Positions 1 through 13,383 of a stretch of DNA of 64,000 nucleotides are shown one piece after another. This DNA comes from Callorhinchus milii (lineage: Eukaryota). Location of the stretch: assembly GCF_018977255.1 (NCBI RefSeq), contig NW_024704745.1, positions 36,952,001 through 37,016,000 of the forward strand, read 5' to 3'. Position numbers and translations under genes: made by a program. The stretch's first letter is position 1, and each line of letters opens with the position of its first letter. The notes beneath the pieces were generated by a model. The model did not search any database. It saw nothing but the letters and a program-made list of their open reading frames with translations, and was not told the origin of the DNA.

Positions 1-253
1 AATAGAAACTTGGTTGTTAGTCTATTGGTATTTTCTGAGGACAATAATCCCTCCAAAAAAATTTAAAAAATAATAATAATTTGGTTAGTCAATCCACGAC
101 AGCTTGTGGGACACTGCCTTGTGCAATTGGCTGCTGCTTTTCGCCCACAAAATATACAGTCAATTCACTTTATAGTACGTTCTGTGAAACACTTTGAGAT
201 GTCTCAAAGACGTGATAAGGCACTATATCAAATGCAAGGATTATTATTATTAT
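1..253 (+). mobile_element. Same SINE, long variant, cut by the window edge
   Basis: Body and (ATT)n tail match the 34472 copy. Confidence 0.85.
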
Positions 254-262
254 TGTTGTACA

Positions 263-570
263 ATCTAAGGTGACACTGCAGTAAAGTGGGAGAATGCTAC
301 ATTATTGGAGGTACCGTCCTTTAAACGGAACATTAAAACAAGGTCCGGTCTGCTGTTGGACGTTGAAGATCCCATGGCACTATTTGAAAAGAAAAGGGAG
401 TTTCATAAATTGGTCATTTATTTCATGGCTATCTGTGGGATATTACTATTTGCAAATTGACTGATGTTTTTGCCTATAAAATACTTGGACACTACAATTT
501 ACAGTAAAACCTGTGAAGCACTATAAGACATCCATCTGATGTGAAAGGCATTATATTAAATGCAAGTTGT
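263..570 (+). mobile_element. Older Deu-domain SINE, headless
   Basis: ggaggtaccgtcctt...gacgttgaagatcccatggcactatttgaa, the central Deu-like segment. Confidence 0.75.
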
Positions 571-897
571 GGAGTCCTGTAGCTCAGTGGTTAGAGCACT
601 CGCTTTGCAAGTGAGAGACCTGAGTTCAATTCCAGGCAGGGCGAAACCTTGGGCAAGTTTCCTTACTCCACACAGAGCCTAATAATAATCCCTCCAAAAA
701 CCCCCAAAAAACAATAATAAATTGGTCATTTTCAATCTACGACTGTTTGTGGGACATTGCTGTGCGCAATTGGCTGCTGCGTTCGCCCACAAATATACAG
801 TCAATTCACTTTGCAGTATGTTCTGTGAAGCGCTTTGGGACGTCCTCCCGACGTGAAAAGCGCTATATCAAATGCAAGGATTATTATTATTATTATT
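571..897 (+). mobile_element. Young tRNA(Ala)-derived SINE with Deu-like body and L2-type tail (short variant), full length
   Basis: A box TAGCTCAGTGG, B box GTTCAATTCC, anticodon loop TTTGCAA, body gggacattgctgtgcgcaattggctgctgcgtt, (ATT)n tail. Confidence 0.92.
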
Positions 898-3544
898 AAG
901 TATTAATACTATATGATTATTAACTACTTTCCAATTTTCTGGTATCAATATGTCACACTACACTTGTGTCACATTAGCCTTTCAATACCATTCTCTTCAT
1001 TAATACGTTTTGATACTTTTCATGCAGATGTCCTCTTGACCAATTCAATCCTGAGTAAGTTCCGCACAGACTTAAATGCATCCCTAATTCTTTGATAACC
1101 GGATTATAACAGGTACAGATGGCTAACTCAGTTGTAATTATTTTGTGAAAACACTACTTACCTGAACAAGCTGGATCTGCCAGCATGCCCTGTCTAGGTA
1201 ATTATTTCAACATATCCTTTGTTAGTGTCTATGCTGAATTAACATAATTTACAGAAGAATAACATTGGAATTAAAATGCAATCATTACCTGAATTATTCA
1301 TCTTTTATTATTCTCAAGGTTATTTCTCAAACTATGCTGAGCCAATTATTGTGGAATAACTCATAATTTGAGTTCTGCTGTACAGTGCACAAAATTCACT
1401 CTTAATATGTTTCACACATGGTCCTTAATATATAGGTGATAGAGCTGCACCAAAGTGTATATATGTTGGATACTATCTATTCCTTGAATGTTTCCAATAT
1501 GACTCTCCTCCACTTTTATGGGACCATAGATTGACAGAGCTACTTATGGTCAGTCTCTGAAGTAAAAGTTTTTAATTGGGTCCATAATGGACCTTTCATC
1601 TTCGAATCCCTATTTATGTCTGACTTTTTCCCTTTTCTTTCTTTTATAAACATCCTTGCATTTTTGAAGGTCGAACTGGTTGACCTTGAACAAATGTCAA
1701 GGATTATTATTATTCAAATAAAAAGTCTCCCTCCAACATTCAAACTGGATGATGGGAACTGTCACCATAGATAGATAGATACAAAACTGAGTTGAAAGTC
1801 AGAAATAGTAATAATAAAGTTAAGTGAAATTGTGACAAACTACAATAGGCAAAACAAGAACATAGAAAAAGCAGTGACAGAGAGCATAGAGTTTTAAAAT
1901 ATTTGACTACAATTTTTTGTAATTATTTTCAAGAATTAGTTAATATTGAAACAAAAATCTATTTTTGAAATGTAGCAGATTTATTCCTGTAATAGTCCTG
2001 CCAGCACTTTATGGGTTAACACAACAAAAAAATACAATTAGGACACTTTGTGCTTTGAGACTTCCTTCTGACATGAAAGGCGCAATATCATATGCAAGGA
2101 TTATTATTATTCTGCACATAAATCATCCTTTCATTTTGTACAACATTTGTCGTGATATCCTTTCTCACTATGCATCTTATTCTGTGCTTTTTTCTTCACA
2201 TTTAATCTCACAAAATATAAATCTTTCCAGTCATGGTGCTCAGAAAGGTTAAATCTGGAGCACGTTGCTTTGTGTTGAGTTCCAAGTTCCATTACAGATG
2301 ATGGAACAACATTGCTAATATTTTGTGCACAAACTAATAAATTAAAAATAGGAAAAGAAGAGGAGAATGACGATGTGGATAAGAAACAGCTTGACTATAT
2401 TATATTATTATTATATTATTATCTGATTATAAGACCTTTATACGAATCCTCCAGATTTCAACATTTCAACTATGAGTGTTGAGATTAGGCAAACAGCCAA
2501 ACTAGGGAAATCCTGGTGCCCAGTGCTCGATTGAGCAATTCACCAATTGACAAAGGGATAATGAATTGCAATAATCACAACCATATTTCATTGAGAAGCT
2601 GAACAATAAATCTAAAATCAGCCCATATTAATTGTTTGATCCAACAATAGAGATTTAAAATGTGTTGGGCACAAAAAGAGCAGTAATTCAAAATTTGTAG
2701 ATTCTTACTCATTAATAGAATTAATATTATCAGTGGTTAATAAACTTGGAAGATAGATAAGAAGAGAATAGAAGGGTTGCGTACATAAGAAAAAATCGAA
2801 GGGTTTAGGGCAAGGCCAGGGAAGGAGATTAGGATGAATGGAGTGTAAACAATGGCATGGAACAGTTGGGCTGAATGGCCTTTTGTAGTGTTCTGGATTC
2901 CCTGTAATTCTGTTTAATTATTTATGGTTATTTTCTGGGTCAAGAGAACAGCATCATGTGATGTTGTTAGAGTCTGAGATTCAACATTTCTTATTGTTTA
3001 AGTATTAGGTCCCATTGTTATTCATTAAGTTCATGCATAATTTGGAAAAAAAATACTCCAAATTATTAAATTGATTTTATCGTCATAAAATTATCTAATA
3101 ATTAAGATTAAAATTAAGAATTTTCCAAAAAAGTCTTCATAGTTTACAAATTAAGACAATAGCCTTAATTAAAGCTGACCCAGATAAATGTCAGCCCTTT
3201 GGTCATTAGATAATAGTGCAGACAGTGGAAAAAGTACAGAGGATACACTTTGAAAAGCTGTAAAATAACCTTATTAGAAAGCAACATTTGCTTTAAGTGC
3301 TTCATTTGCTGGATCTGATATATAATGAGATTGTTTGTAAATCTACATTGAATGATATACACAAAACAGAAATGCACAATTTTTAAAATCAGACTTTTTT
3401 GCTGTAACATTGGGACTATTACAGCTGAGTATGTTCTTCATATCTTGAGCTTACTGAAATCTTTTGGTGGCCTGTGTCTCAATAAGAAGCAGCATTGTGT
3501 GAAAGAGAGGCAAGGAAGGAATTTGCCTATTACCACCTTAAGTT

Positions 3545-3943
3545 GGTAATTGAGGTTCTTGAGCCAGGTGGGTCCGCAGCACTCCAGGGCAATGCTGATG
3601 ACGGCCAGCCTGACTCATCAGCAGGACATGGAAGGGCAGACCAGTCACTGAGAGCAGGGAGTCATCCCACTCAGCTCCTGTTATCCCTGCAAGCCAAAGC
3701 CCTAGCAGGTAGGCTGTTCCCAGCTGGAAAAGTGGGAAATATTGCCAGACAGTGCTGTCAATGCCTTCTGGAATTAGGTAAGCAGGATGTACCCTTGAGG
3801 GAAAGAATATGCATTGAATTCAAACAATCCATCACTGGGATTTCCATGTGTAGGTGGGATGCATAGAATTCTCAGTTTGGTTTGGATACTCTTTAGCAAG
3901 CTGATGGGTTTCTTGCATGTGTCAGATACCCGCTTTACCAAAA
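3545..3943 (+). repeat. Unclassified interspersed repeat, copy A
   Basis: Reverse complement of copy C with an internal deletion of about 100 bp; ends gatacccgctttaccaaaa. Confidence 0.85.
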
Positions 3944-4962
3944 TGACCCACAGAGAATAATGCCCAGGGATGATGAAAGGCAAGTTTCAAGGAGATCAAT
4001 ATAAAATGTGGGCAAGCAGATGGAGATACTCGAGGGAAACCACTCATATAAAATGTTATTTCAGCAGCATTGCTCATGAGCTACATTTACAAGCCATAAA
4101 CTGCTGCCAGTTACATCACATGGATGAGATAAATTGTTCAAAAAGTAGTTTTAACTGATTAAACTAGTAAAATATACTCTTCCATCAATGTAAAATGGAA
4201 AAGCTAGTATTGGTTAACAGAGGTAATGTGTGGCATCCTCGGACACCCATTATTGTCTTTAGGGCATTATCTCCATTGGAAAACCTAGAGAAAAAAGTAA
4301 AAGGAAGTAAATTGGTGTGTTCCAAATAAAATAATGTAACAGGAACATTAAGTCCCCTGGAATTTTCAAATAAGTGCCTACAATATACACAATCACTACA
4401 CTTTAGAGTAAATCACGTGAAGCACTTTGAAGCATGCTCCTGATGTGTAGGATGCTATATAAAATGTAATAATAATAATGTGATGTAAAAATGTAAGGAT
4501 ATATATCAAATGTAAGGATTGTTAAGTGACAACCAAAGAACAAACATGTGCTTTAGCCCAATCTCTTTTGAACTCCCTGCATTTGCACTATTCAAACCTG
4601 TCCTCCTTCTCTCCCAGCCAACATTCCCTTTACCCAACTCCCTGACCCAGTAGTACAGAAATTATTGTGCACCATGGAATATTTGTTCATCTCGGTCTAC
4701 ACCTAACCCTATACCCTTTTGTTCTCAAGCAGATACTTATCTGTTTCCTTTCTGAAGATACTAATGAAACCAGCATCTTATTTTGTTAAAAAATAGTAAC
4801 AAAATAACAAAATAATCCTTACATGTGGTATAGCACCTTTTATTTGGGGAGGATGTCCCAAAGCACTTCACAGGGTATACTGTAAAGTGCAGTAAATGTG
4901 CATTTTGTAGGTTCCACACAAACACTGCTCTGTGAGGGAAAACAAGCCTTCTAATCTCTATT

Positions 4963-5100
4963 CCTGGAAATCTGAAATAAAGACAAACATCTGTTCTGAC
5001 GAAAGGTCACTGACCTGAAACCTTAACTCACTCTCCTCTCTCCATAGATGCTGCCTGACCTACTGAGTGTTTCCAGCGACTTCTGTTTTTATTTCTAATC
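4963..5100 (+). mobile_element. Penelope-derived terminal fragment with a minimal hammerhead motif
   Basis: ctgacgaaaggtcactgacctgaaac...ctctccatagatgctgcctgacctactgagtgtttccagc, with inverted ends gaaataaagaca / tgtttttatttc. Confidence 0.7.
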
Positions 5101-5705
5101 TCTACTCCTGCTTCAGTATTTTACATTGTAAATATATGGTCTAATTTCTACCTCATCTATGCAACTCATCATTTTAAAAGTCTAGATCATGTAATACTAC
5201 AGTATTTTCTTCTAGTGAGAGCCCATTCAGCTCTGCATTTTTTTTCAGCAATGGAATGACGTGAAGAAAAAACCTTTCGCTTTCCACTCCTAATCATATT
5301 TTCTTCGGAAGGCAGTTAAAACAAATGCCCAAATTTAGGGGATGTTTGTGGAGTTATTGTTTCAATGTTATATGGTGTCCTTCATGATTCATTGGACATT
5401 CCCAAAACACTTAAAACATTATTTCAGAACAATATAAGGCCCAAAGGTTTTCAATATGTGTGCAGAACAAGCATAAACACACATATACACTGTATATTGT
5501 GAGAAAATGCATGTTCGTTGTAAAATACTAATCTGAAATAGAAATTCTCTGAAGGAAAATAATAAAGCTATTCGAACATGGAATGACAAGCATAGCAAGG
5601 TTATTATAAAACTCTATCAATATGACATTAATACAATGGAGATCCCCAGGTTATTCGAGGATTCTAAAATGTTTGACAACTGAAACAGCAGTAATCCAAG
5701 GGGAA

Positions 5706-7020
5706 ATAGAAAGTGAGCAACATAGCTTTACAAAAGGGAAGTCATGCTTAACAAATCTTTTAGAGTTTTTTGAGAATGTAACTAGCAGGTTAGGTAGGGG
5801 GGAACTAGTAGATGTAATATATTTAAATTTTCAGAACGCATTCGACAAAGTGCCACATAAAAGGCTGTCACACAAGATTAGGGCCCATAGAATTAAAGGC
5901 AATATATTAGCATGGATTGAACAGTGGCTAACGGGAAGTAAACAGAGAGACGGGTCCATCTCAGATTGGCAAGATGTGACTATTGGAGTGCCACAAGGAT
6001 CAGTGCTTGGTCCTCAACTATTTACAATCTATATCAATGATCTAGATGAGGACAAAGAACTTAAAATATCTAAATTTGGGGATGATACTAAGCTAGGTGG
6101 AAGCGTAAGCTCTGAAGATGACACAAAAAGATTGCAAAGGGATATAGATAGGCTAGGTGAGTGGGCAAGAAGGTGACAAATGGAATATAATGTGGGGAAG
6201 TGTGAAGTTATTCACCTAGGTAGTAAAAACAGTAAAGCAGATTATTTTCTGGAAGGGGAGTATGTATTAATGTGATATTGATAGTGTTCAGAAGGATTTG
6301 GGTGTCCTTGTACACCAGTCACAAAAAGTTAGTATTGCAGGTACAGCAAGCAACTAGGAAGGCTAATGGCATGTTGGTGTTTATTGCAAAAGGGTTAGAA
6401 TACAAGAGTAGTGAAGTCTTGCTGCAACTGTATATGGCCTTGGTGAGACCGTACATAGAATATTTTGCGCAGTTTTGGTCTCCTTATTTAAGAAAGGACA
6501 TATTCGCTTCAGAGGGGGTGCAGCGTAGATTCACTAGGTTAGTTCCAGGGATGAGGAGGTTGACCTATGAGGATACGTTGAGTAAACTAGGCCTATATTT
6601 TCTAGAATATAGGAAATTAGGAGTGATCTTATAGAAACATATAAGATTCTTATGGGGTTTGACAGAGTAGACAGTGTGAGACTGTTTCCCCTGGTAGGAG
6701 AATCTAGAACTAGGGGTCACAGTCTTAAGATTAAGGGACAGCCCTTTCGAACAGAGTTAAGGGAACACTTTTTCACTCAGAGGGTAGAGAATTTATGGAA
6801 TTCTCTACCTCAGAAGTCTGTAGATGCTCAGTCCTTGAACATATTCAAGACTGAGATTGATAGATTTCTAAAGGATAGAGAGATTAAGGGATATGGGGAT
6901 AAGGCAGGCAGATGGAGTTAGGTTAGAAGATCAGCCATGTTCTTATTGAATAGTGGGGCAGGCTCAAGGGGCCGAATGGCCTGCTCCAGCTCCTAATTCC
7001 TATGTTCCTATGTTCCTATG
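5706..7020 (+). mobile_element. CR1 LINE, 5'-truncated, RT pseudogene
   Basis: [70 protein letters not shown], with stops and frameshifts. Ends in an octamer tail (TTCCTATG)n. Confidence 0.95.
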
Positions 7021-9568
7021 AGCAGAAATCAAAAGAGAACTGAAAATGTTATGAGACTACTATAAGAAAGCAAGTATCTGATCATAAAAAATAAAATGAA
7101 AATTAGGAACTTAAAACATTCACATACGATGACCTAGAACAAAGAGTAGCTTCAAGCAAGTAACAATAGAAAATAAATTATTATACATGTATTGTAAGAA
7201 AGAGTAGATTGAAAAAAATTCAATTTTTTTTGCAAGTAGCATAATAATTACAGTACTGCACAGAAGCACCATAATGGTTAAAAAGAGACTTGTAATTTTT
7301 CTTGTTGCTGTTATACAGGAGAAATCCAAATTGAAGAAATATACATTGAGCACACAATAGCCAATTCACTTTCTTTAATAAACATGCATCTTTCATGCCA
7401 TACTCATCAAACTTCCGATGTGGACATCACAATCCATCTAAAGCATAATGGTTATTGTCTGTTCATATAAAAGGCTGCTGTTGGCAAATCAAAAACTAAA
7501 CCCAAAAATTACCCCAAGTTCATAAGGTAATAGCTAGATCTGATTTTAACAAAAGGAAATGTTCTGATCACATCAAAACACAGAAAATTTTAAGAAATTT
7601 ATAATCATCATTGTTGAACTCATAAAATAATTACCTTAATATCCATGGAAAGCATTTCCTTTTTTATGAACATATTGTAAGATTCACTCGGATTGTTAAC
7701 TATGGGTCTTTTCTTTGCTTTGAAAGTGTCATAAAATTTACCTGCAAGTCTATTCCATACAGCCAATGCATGCTAAAACACTTACTGAACGATTAATAAA
7801 TATGATGTAATCATAGCACATTTCTTGAAAGAAAGATAACAGTTGATGGTGGATAAATAGGAATGTTGTCAATTTTATTCTGTACATACTTGTCTAAAGT
7901 TACTGCGGAATTTACTCCAAGACGTATCTGAGCTTTCAAATCGTGGGCTGCTCCATTTTGTATTCTTCTGGCATCATGCAATCCTTTATCACTCCCAGGC
8001 ATTCACAACTACCTTTTGATGCATGCATGCCAGGATGATTATGATACAAAAAGGTTGTAGTGGATAGGACAATGACAAGATCAGACTTGATAATCTCTTT
8101 AAATTCACAAACTCTTCTAGCACAACTTTTCATGTCAAAACTATTTAATTACTTCTAAAGAGTAGCTGACAATTTTGACATTTTCAAATTATATTTCCAA
8201 GTGTCAGTAATGTTTCTGATGGTAGAAATCAGCTTTGAATCAGCAGTCACCGAAATCTGGCACCTATGGAATTGGGCACTAGATTCCATCATAGATTACA
8301 GGGATCAGAAATAGCTTTGTGAAGCTGCCAGAAAAACTCAAATTAAGCTCATGGAGTGTGGTGGGAAAAGAGATCCAATTAAAGTGGGCCGAGTTTCAGT
8401 TTTCATGTGTAGTTTTCAGGAGTGATTCCATGAATCCTACAATCCTCCCAGCTCAGTGAGTGCAGCTTACTGAAGGAACACACAAGGCATTGGTTCCAGA
8501 AAGTCAACAGCAATATGAATTTGGGTTCTATTTTGTTAACCATGTCTGTAGTCTGTAAAACACAACAAGCTGAAAGCTTTAAAAATTTGATTCAAGAATA
8601 TACAACGGATGTTGACTGCATGGTTTAGGCAAGAAGTCACTTAACAGATTGACTAAATAGTCATAGTTTTCCTACTCCAAGCAAAATATCTCCAGTATGA
8701 CTTCCCTTTGTTGGTATACACATTTTCAGGTCTGATAGCAAAGTACCTATGTTCTCAAGTGCTATATTAGCATTTCAGTTTTTAGTCTAGGCTCATACTT
8801 TAATGCAGTTCTGGAGGAATGGTGCATTGCCAAAAATGCAGTCCTTCATATGAGACATTAACCCAAGGTTTTGTTTACCTGTATGCACTCTGGACGCAGT
8901 CTCTGATCTTCTGGCAGATCTTATACGTTGTTAATCAATGTTGAACTTTTGGTGGTGTGACCTATTCTCTGGTGTGTAACTTGGATGATTTCATTATGTA
9001 CTTGAGATATTATTTCAGTTCAGTATGTATTCCATGAAGATGAATATGTTTGTGTTGCCATTGCATAGTAATATAAAAAAAACGAAAATAAGAAACAAAA
9101 AAATGGACTCACATGCCTAGTCCTTCTGCAGCTATTCCATGTTCATCTTTTAACATCTTCCTCCTATCCACATTGACCTCGAAATTTAAGAGGAATGATT
9201 CTCCAATGGTTTTGTAAGTAAAGAGTTAAAATTCTTCATGGTCAAGGAATGATACAGCTGCTCATTTTGTCTTAGGTGAAGGAGAGTTCATGTGGAGACT
9301 GATCAGATGAATCTAGCTAATGTGTTGTCTTTCTCTTTTAGAACATTATTCTTTCCTGTTGATCAGGACAAACATGTGGTTTTATCCATAATTGTGTTAG
9401 ATTAATTAGGACATACATGCTATTATGTCTCTAACCAAATGGTTTACGACTCGGAATGTCAAACGGGCCATAACATAGACGTTTTATGACTGAGGGGTAT
9501 CAGATTTAAGGAGATGGATCTTTGCACCACATTCCATCTCTGTGAGAAATAAAGTGACTAAAGAAAGA

Positions 9569-9750
9569 ACAACAACAACTTGCGCTTATGTAGCTCCCTC
9601 CATGCAGTGTCTCAGAGCACTTAACAATGGTGGAGCCTGATTCCGAGCTGAGTGCGGGAGCTGGCCATAAGCACCGTCAAACAGGAAGGTTTTCAAGCGG
9701 GACTTGAAAAAGGGGAGAGAGGGGGTAAGGTGGAGGGACTGAGGGAGAGC
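9569..9750 (-). mobile_element. L2 3' fragment (second tail type)
   Basis: aacaacaacaacttgcgcttatgtagc...aggaaggttttcaagcgggacttgaa. Confidence 0.65.
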
Positions 9751-9832
9751 CTCTATCTAATCCTAAATAGTAAGATGATTATTCGGAATAGTCGAAATAA
9801 CTAGTGATTCTTCGCATCCTCCAAGTAAAAGT

Positions 9833-10015
9833 GGAGTCCTGTAGCTCAGTGGTTAGAGCACTCGCTTTGCAAGCGAGACACCTGGGTTCAATTCCAGGCA
9901 GGGCGAAACCTTGGGCAAGTTTCCTTACTCCACAGGCCTAATAATAATCCCTCCAAAACCAAAAACAATAATAAATTGGTCATTTTCATTCTACGACTGT
10001 TTGTGGGACATTGCT
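9833..10015 (+). mobile_element. Young SINE, 3'-truncated
   Basis: Head nearly identical to the 571 copy; it breaks off at gggacattgct. Confidence 0.9.
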
Positions 10016-10409
10016 TTTTGGTCTTTTTGGTCTTTTTGGTCTCTCTAAATGATATAAATGATGACAACAGACTCTCATTGTTGAGTTCTGAGGGTGAAAT
10101 ACACAAAGCTCAAAGGTGCTCCAAATTGGATGATATCAACGAGAACAAGAATTAAAAAATTGAGTAAGGAACGGTTCACAGTGAAACTTAAAACTGTCAT
10201 TATTAAATATAATTTTGGCATGGTTTATTCAAATTTTAAAAACAATTAATATATATCATTGAAATTTGTTCCAACAATCATTTGCATTTTTTAAAATGAA
10301 CACAAAACACGTTCAGTCACTTGTGAAATGCCAAAAGTGCAGTGAATAGACAACATAGCTCTGTATAGTTTTGGCAAGTGTATGCAGATTGGATGTTTCA
10401 ATTCACAAG

Positions 10410-10850
10410 ATCACAAGCTAGATTTGAAATAAAGATGGTTCTCAAGTCCATTTGATCTCATTCTTTCAAATTGCACAACTCTACCATCTTCCAATTATAC
10501 AAACAAGATATCTGTTACATGAGCCTAGACCTCTATCATCCCTCCAACTGATTACAACTGCAGACTATCCACTCTGTGAAGAAATGCTTCCTGGTATCTG
10601 TCCTAAACTCATCCAACACAATTCTGAACCAGTGCCTTTTATCCAGTTGCTTTCACTTACCCAGAAATATCATTTTAGGTTAATTGTGGAGTTTATAAGG
10701 CGCTGTATTAAATGCAAGAACTATCATAATTATTTGTTTTCTCTATCATATTTACCATCATACAAGCTTCTATAAGATTCAATCTGAGATGTCTACTTTG
10801 ATATCTGAAGAGTCTTAGCTTGTCTGCTGCATTACATACAGTTCATCCAA
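10410..10850 (-). mobile_element. Degraded CR1 3' fragment
   Basis: ccactctgtgaagaaatgcttcctggtatctgtcctaaac and similar segments resemble reverse-complemented CR1 3' sequence. Contains a short SINE/L2 tail. Confidence 0.55.
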
Positions 10851-11469
10851 AAAACACTCCTTCTCCTTACTTTCTCCTCCATTTCTTCATTAATCGGAAA
10901 TTCACTTTAGGTTGTGCATCCAGAATTATACACAATCCTATTCATCCAATGCATGTGACTCCTATTTTTACTTCAGGTATGCAAACTAGTGACTGTTTTG
11001 TGGGTTGGGGGTGGAAGTAAGTGACATCTTTTTAAGGATGTGTTTGGCTCCAATGTGACAATCCTATGTGGCAGTATTGGTTGTCTGGTTTCTGAGTTAA
11101 GCAAGTCGACAGTACTATAAGCAACTATTGACAACGGACCAGACAAGCAGTTCTTATAGCAGCAGAACACCTGGAATTCTTTGCATTTGGCTCCTGTTTG
11201 AGGGTTGGTGCTGCAGGGGTATTCACTGATCCTCATCACTGTTTTTCAAACCAGGTCTACCTCCCCCAGAAAACAATAGTTTCCTCAAAATGTATTGGTA
11301 AATAAACTATTGTGTCATATGCATTATTTGTTCAACACAGCATGATTTTATCTTCACTGTTATATTTGCTAATATAGTTGGCTGTTTTTGAAACATATAT
11401 CATCAATAGCCTCATGCTGGCACTCTGTTTCAAATATTCAGTATATATATATATATTACAAACTTTCTA

Positions 11470-11790
11470 ATCTTCAATCACACTGGAAGACTCATCATTT
11501 TAAACTGTGCCTTTAGTTCTGTTTTCATTGTCGAAGTCAAATACTCTAGTTGCATATGCATCATGCATGTTTTTAATCATTTTAAAGACCTCTGGATCAT
11601 AAGGCCTCCTCACTCACCTCTATAATTCTTTTATTGTCTAATGAGAACAAGTTCAGCTCTGTGAGACTTTTCTCAAACTTCAGAGATATAAGTTTCATAA
11701 TCAGCCTTTTTGCTCGTCTACAAACCCACTGCAATATTTCAAAATCCTTTTGAAGGCAAGGTACCCAGAATACTACACAACATTTTCATC
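11470..11790 (-). mobile_element. Highly degraded CR1 fragment
   Basis: tttaatcattttaaagacctct...aatgagaacaagttcagc...ggtacccagaatactacacaa is similar to the 38.4-38.65 kb CR1 copy. Confidence 0.5.
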
Positions 11791-12734
11791 ATGATATGGG
11801 AGCATAGGTTCAATCCAATCTTTGATTGCTACATCCTTATATTTGTTAAAATATTCAAATGTTCTATCAAATAAGACTTGCACAAAATAAGATTCTGCAC
11901 ATTTTCAGCCCTGAATATTAAGTGCTATGAGAAAAATGAACATGATTATGTAACAATTCTGTATTCACAGTACTCTAAGCATAGATTGAAGAAGTATAAA
12001 AATCACATTGTACTCGGTGCAGGATTGATATTTCTGTCAGAGGAAAAGAAATAATGATATAAATGATAATGATGTAAAGTAACACATATTAGCAAAGGAT
12101 CCTATTTTGTTCTTGATGGTTGTATACAGGTGGTTTGTTAGGACAGCTTTATTCCACTATCAGTGACTTGTTTTTNGTTTTCTGGGCTGATGATAAGTTT
12201 CACACAGCAGTGCAACAACAACAATTTCTATTTATATAGTCATCTTCTGAAACTGTTTCACAGAGGTAGGGTTTTATACCAGTAAAGAAGGGGGGGACGA
12301 AGGGAAGTGATCGTAATGTGGTTGAAGAGGTAAGTGTTTATTAGACAGGCTCCTACGTTAATAGAATCTCACAATTTGAATGAATTCCAAAATCCAATAG
12401 TCCTAAATGCATTCAGTCCCTTAATTATGGCTAGGGATAATTCAGGAATGTTTTATCTACTAAATAATGCCCTTAATGACAGAATTGGGACTGAATAGTC
12501 CCTGACTTCAGAATAATGAAGCTTCTTGTAGTCTTTTCAAAATGTAATTGTGCTTATCTTTATAATGACAACAACAATCATTGCATTTGATATTGTGTTT
12601 TATCACATCTTCGAGACATCTCAAAGCGCTTCACAGGATTTCGCCGTGAAGTGTAATGATTGTGGATATAAAAATAAATAAGGCTACTGTGAAATACTGT
12701 AATCAAATTAAGTTAGATACAATAATAAATAATA

Positions 12735-13383
12735 TTAATAATTCTCACATAATGCCTTTCACATCAGGAGAACATCTCAAAGCACTTCATAGGACATACT
12801 GTAAAGTGGAGTGAGTTTGTGGGCCAACACAGCAGCCAATTTGCACAAGCAATGCCCCACAAACAGTCGTTAAGTAAATGACCAGTTTTATTTAGGCGAT
12901 TGTTGATCAGGAAATCAGGAGAAACTCTCTTCTGTTTTTGAATCATGCCATGGGATCTTTAAAATCAACCTGAACAGGCAAACGTAACTTTGGTTTAATA
13001 TCTCTGTCAAAGGACGACACCTCCCAGCAATGCCACACATTCTCATTGTTGCATTCGAGTGTCGTTCTGCGGTGTGAATTCCTTACTCCACATGCCTATT
13101 AATAATCTCTCCAAAAAAAAAAACAATAATAAATTGGTCATTTTCAATCCATGACTGTTTGTGGGACATTGTTGTGCGCAATTGGCTGCTGCGTTTGCCC
13201 ATAAATATACAGTCAATTCACTTTACAGTATATTCTGTGAAGTGCTTTGGGAGGTCTAGAAGACGTGAAAAGCGCTATATCAAATGCAAGGATTATTATT
13301 ATTAATATAAGATCCAATGTGAGGCCTGAACCCACAACCTTCTGATTCAGGGGCAAAGTGCTATCAACTGAGCAAGGCTGACA
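12735..13383 (-). mobile_element. Older Deu SINE interrupted by a plus-strand young SINE (13078-13303)
   Basis: Tail and body at 12735-13070, head (cccacaaccttctgattcag...aactgagc) at 13310-13383. Confidence 0.75.
13078..13303 (+). mobile_element. Young SINE, 5'-truncated
   Basis: ttccttactccaca...aaatgcaaggattattattatt. Confidence 0.88.

Noticed and set aside
571-645. tRNA-Ala(TGC)-like cloverleafs (also at 9833, 34472, 47755, 60913)
   Set aside because: Each runs directly into the SINE body, has T-stem mismatches, and the anticodon varies among copies. These are SINE heads, not tRNA genes.
3495-3866. 123-aa ORF, and the 158-aa ORF at 17506-17982
   Set aside because: They overlap the unclassified repeat, and the frames are not kept in other copies.
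7400-8140. Possible decayed coding sequence (overlapping 63-65 aa minus-strand ORFs)
   Set aside because: No motif I can recognise in any frame; a translated search would be needed.
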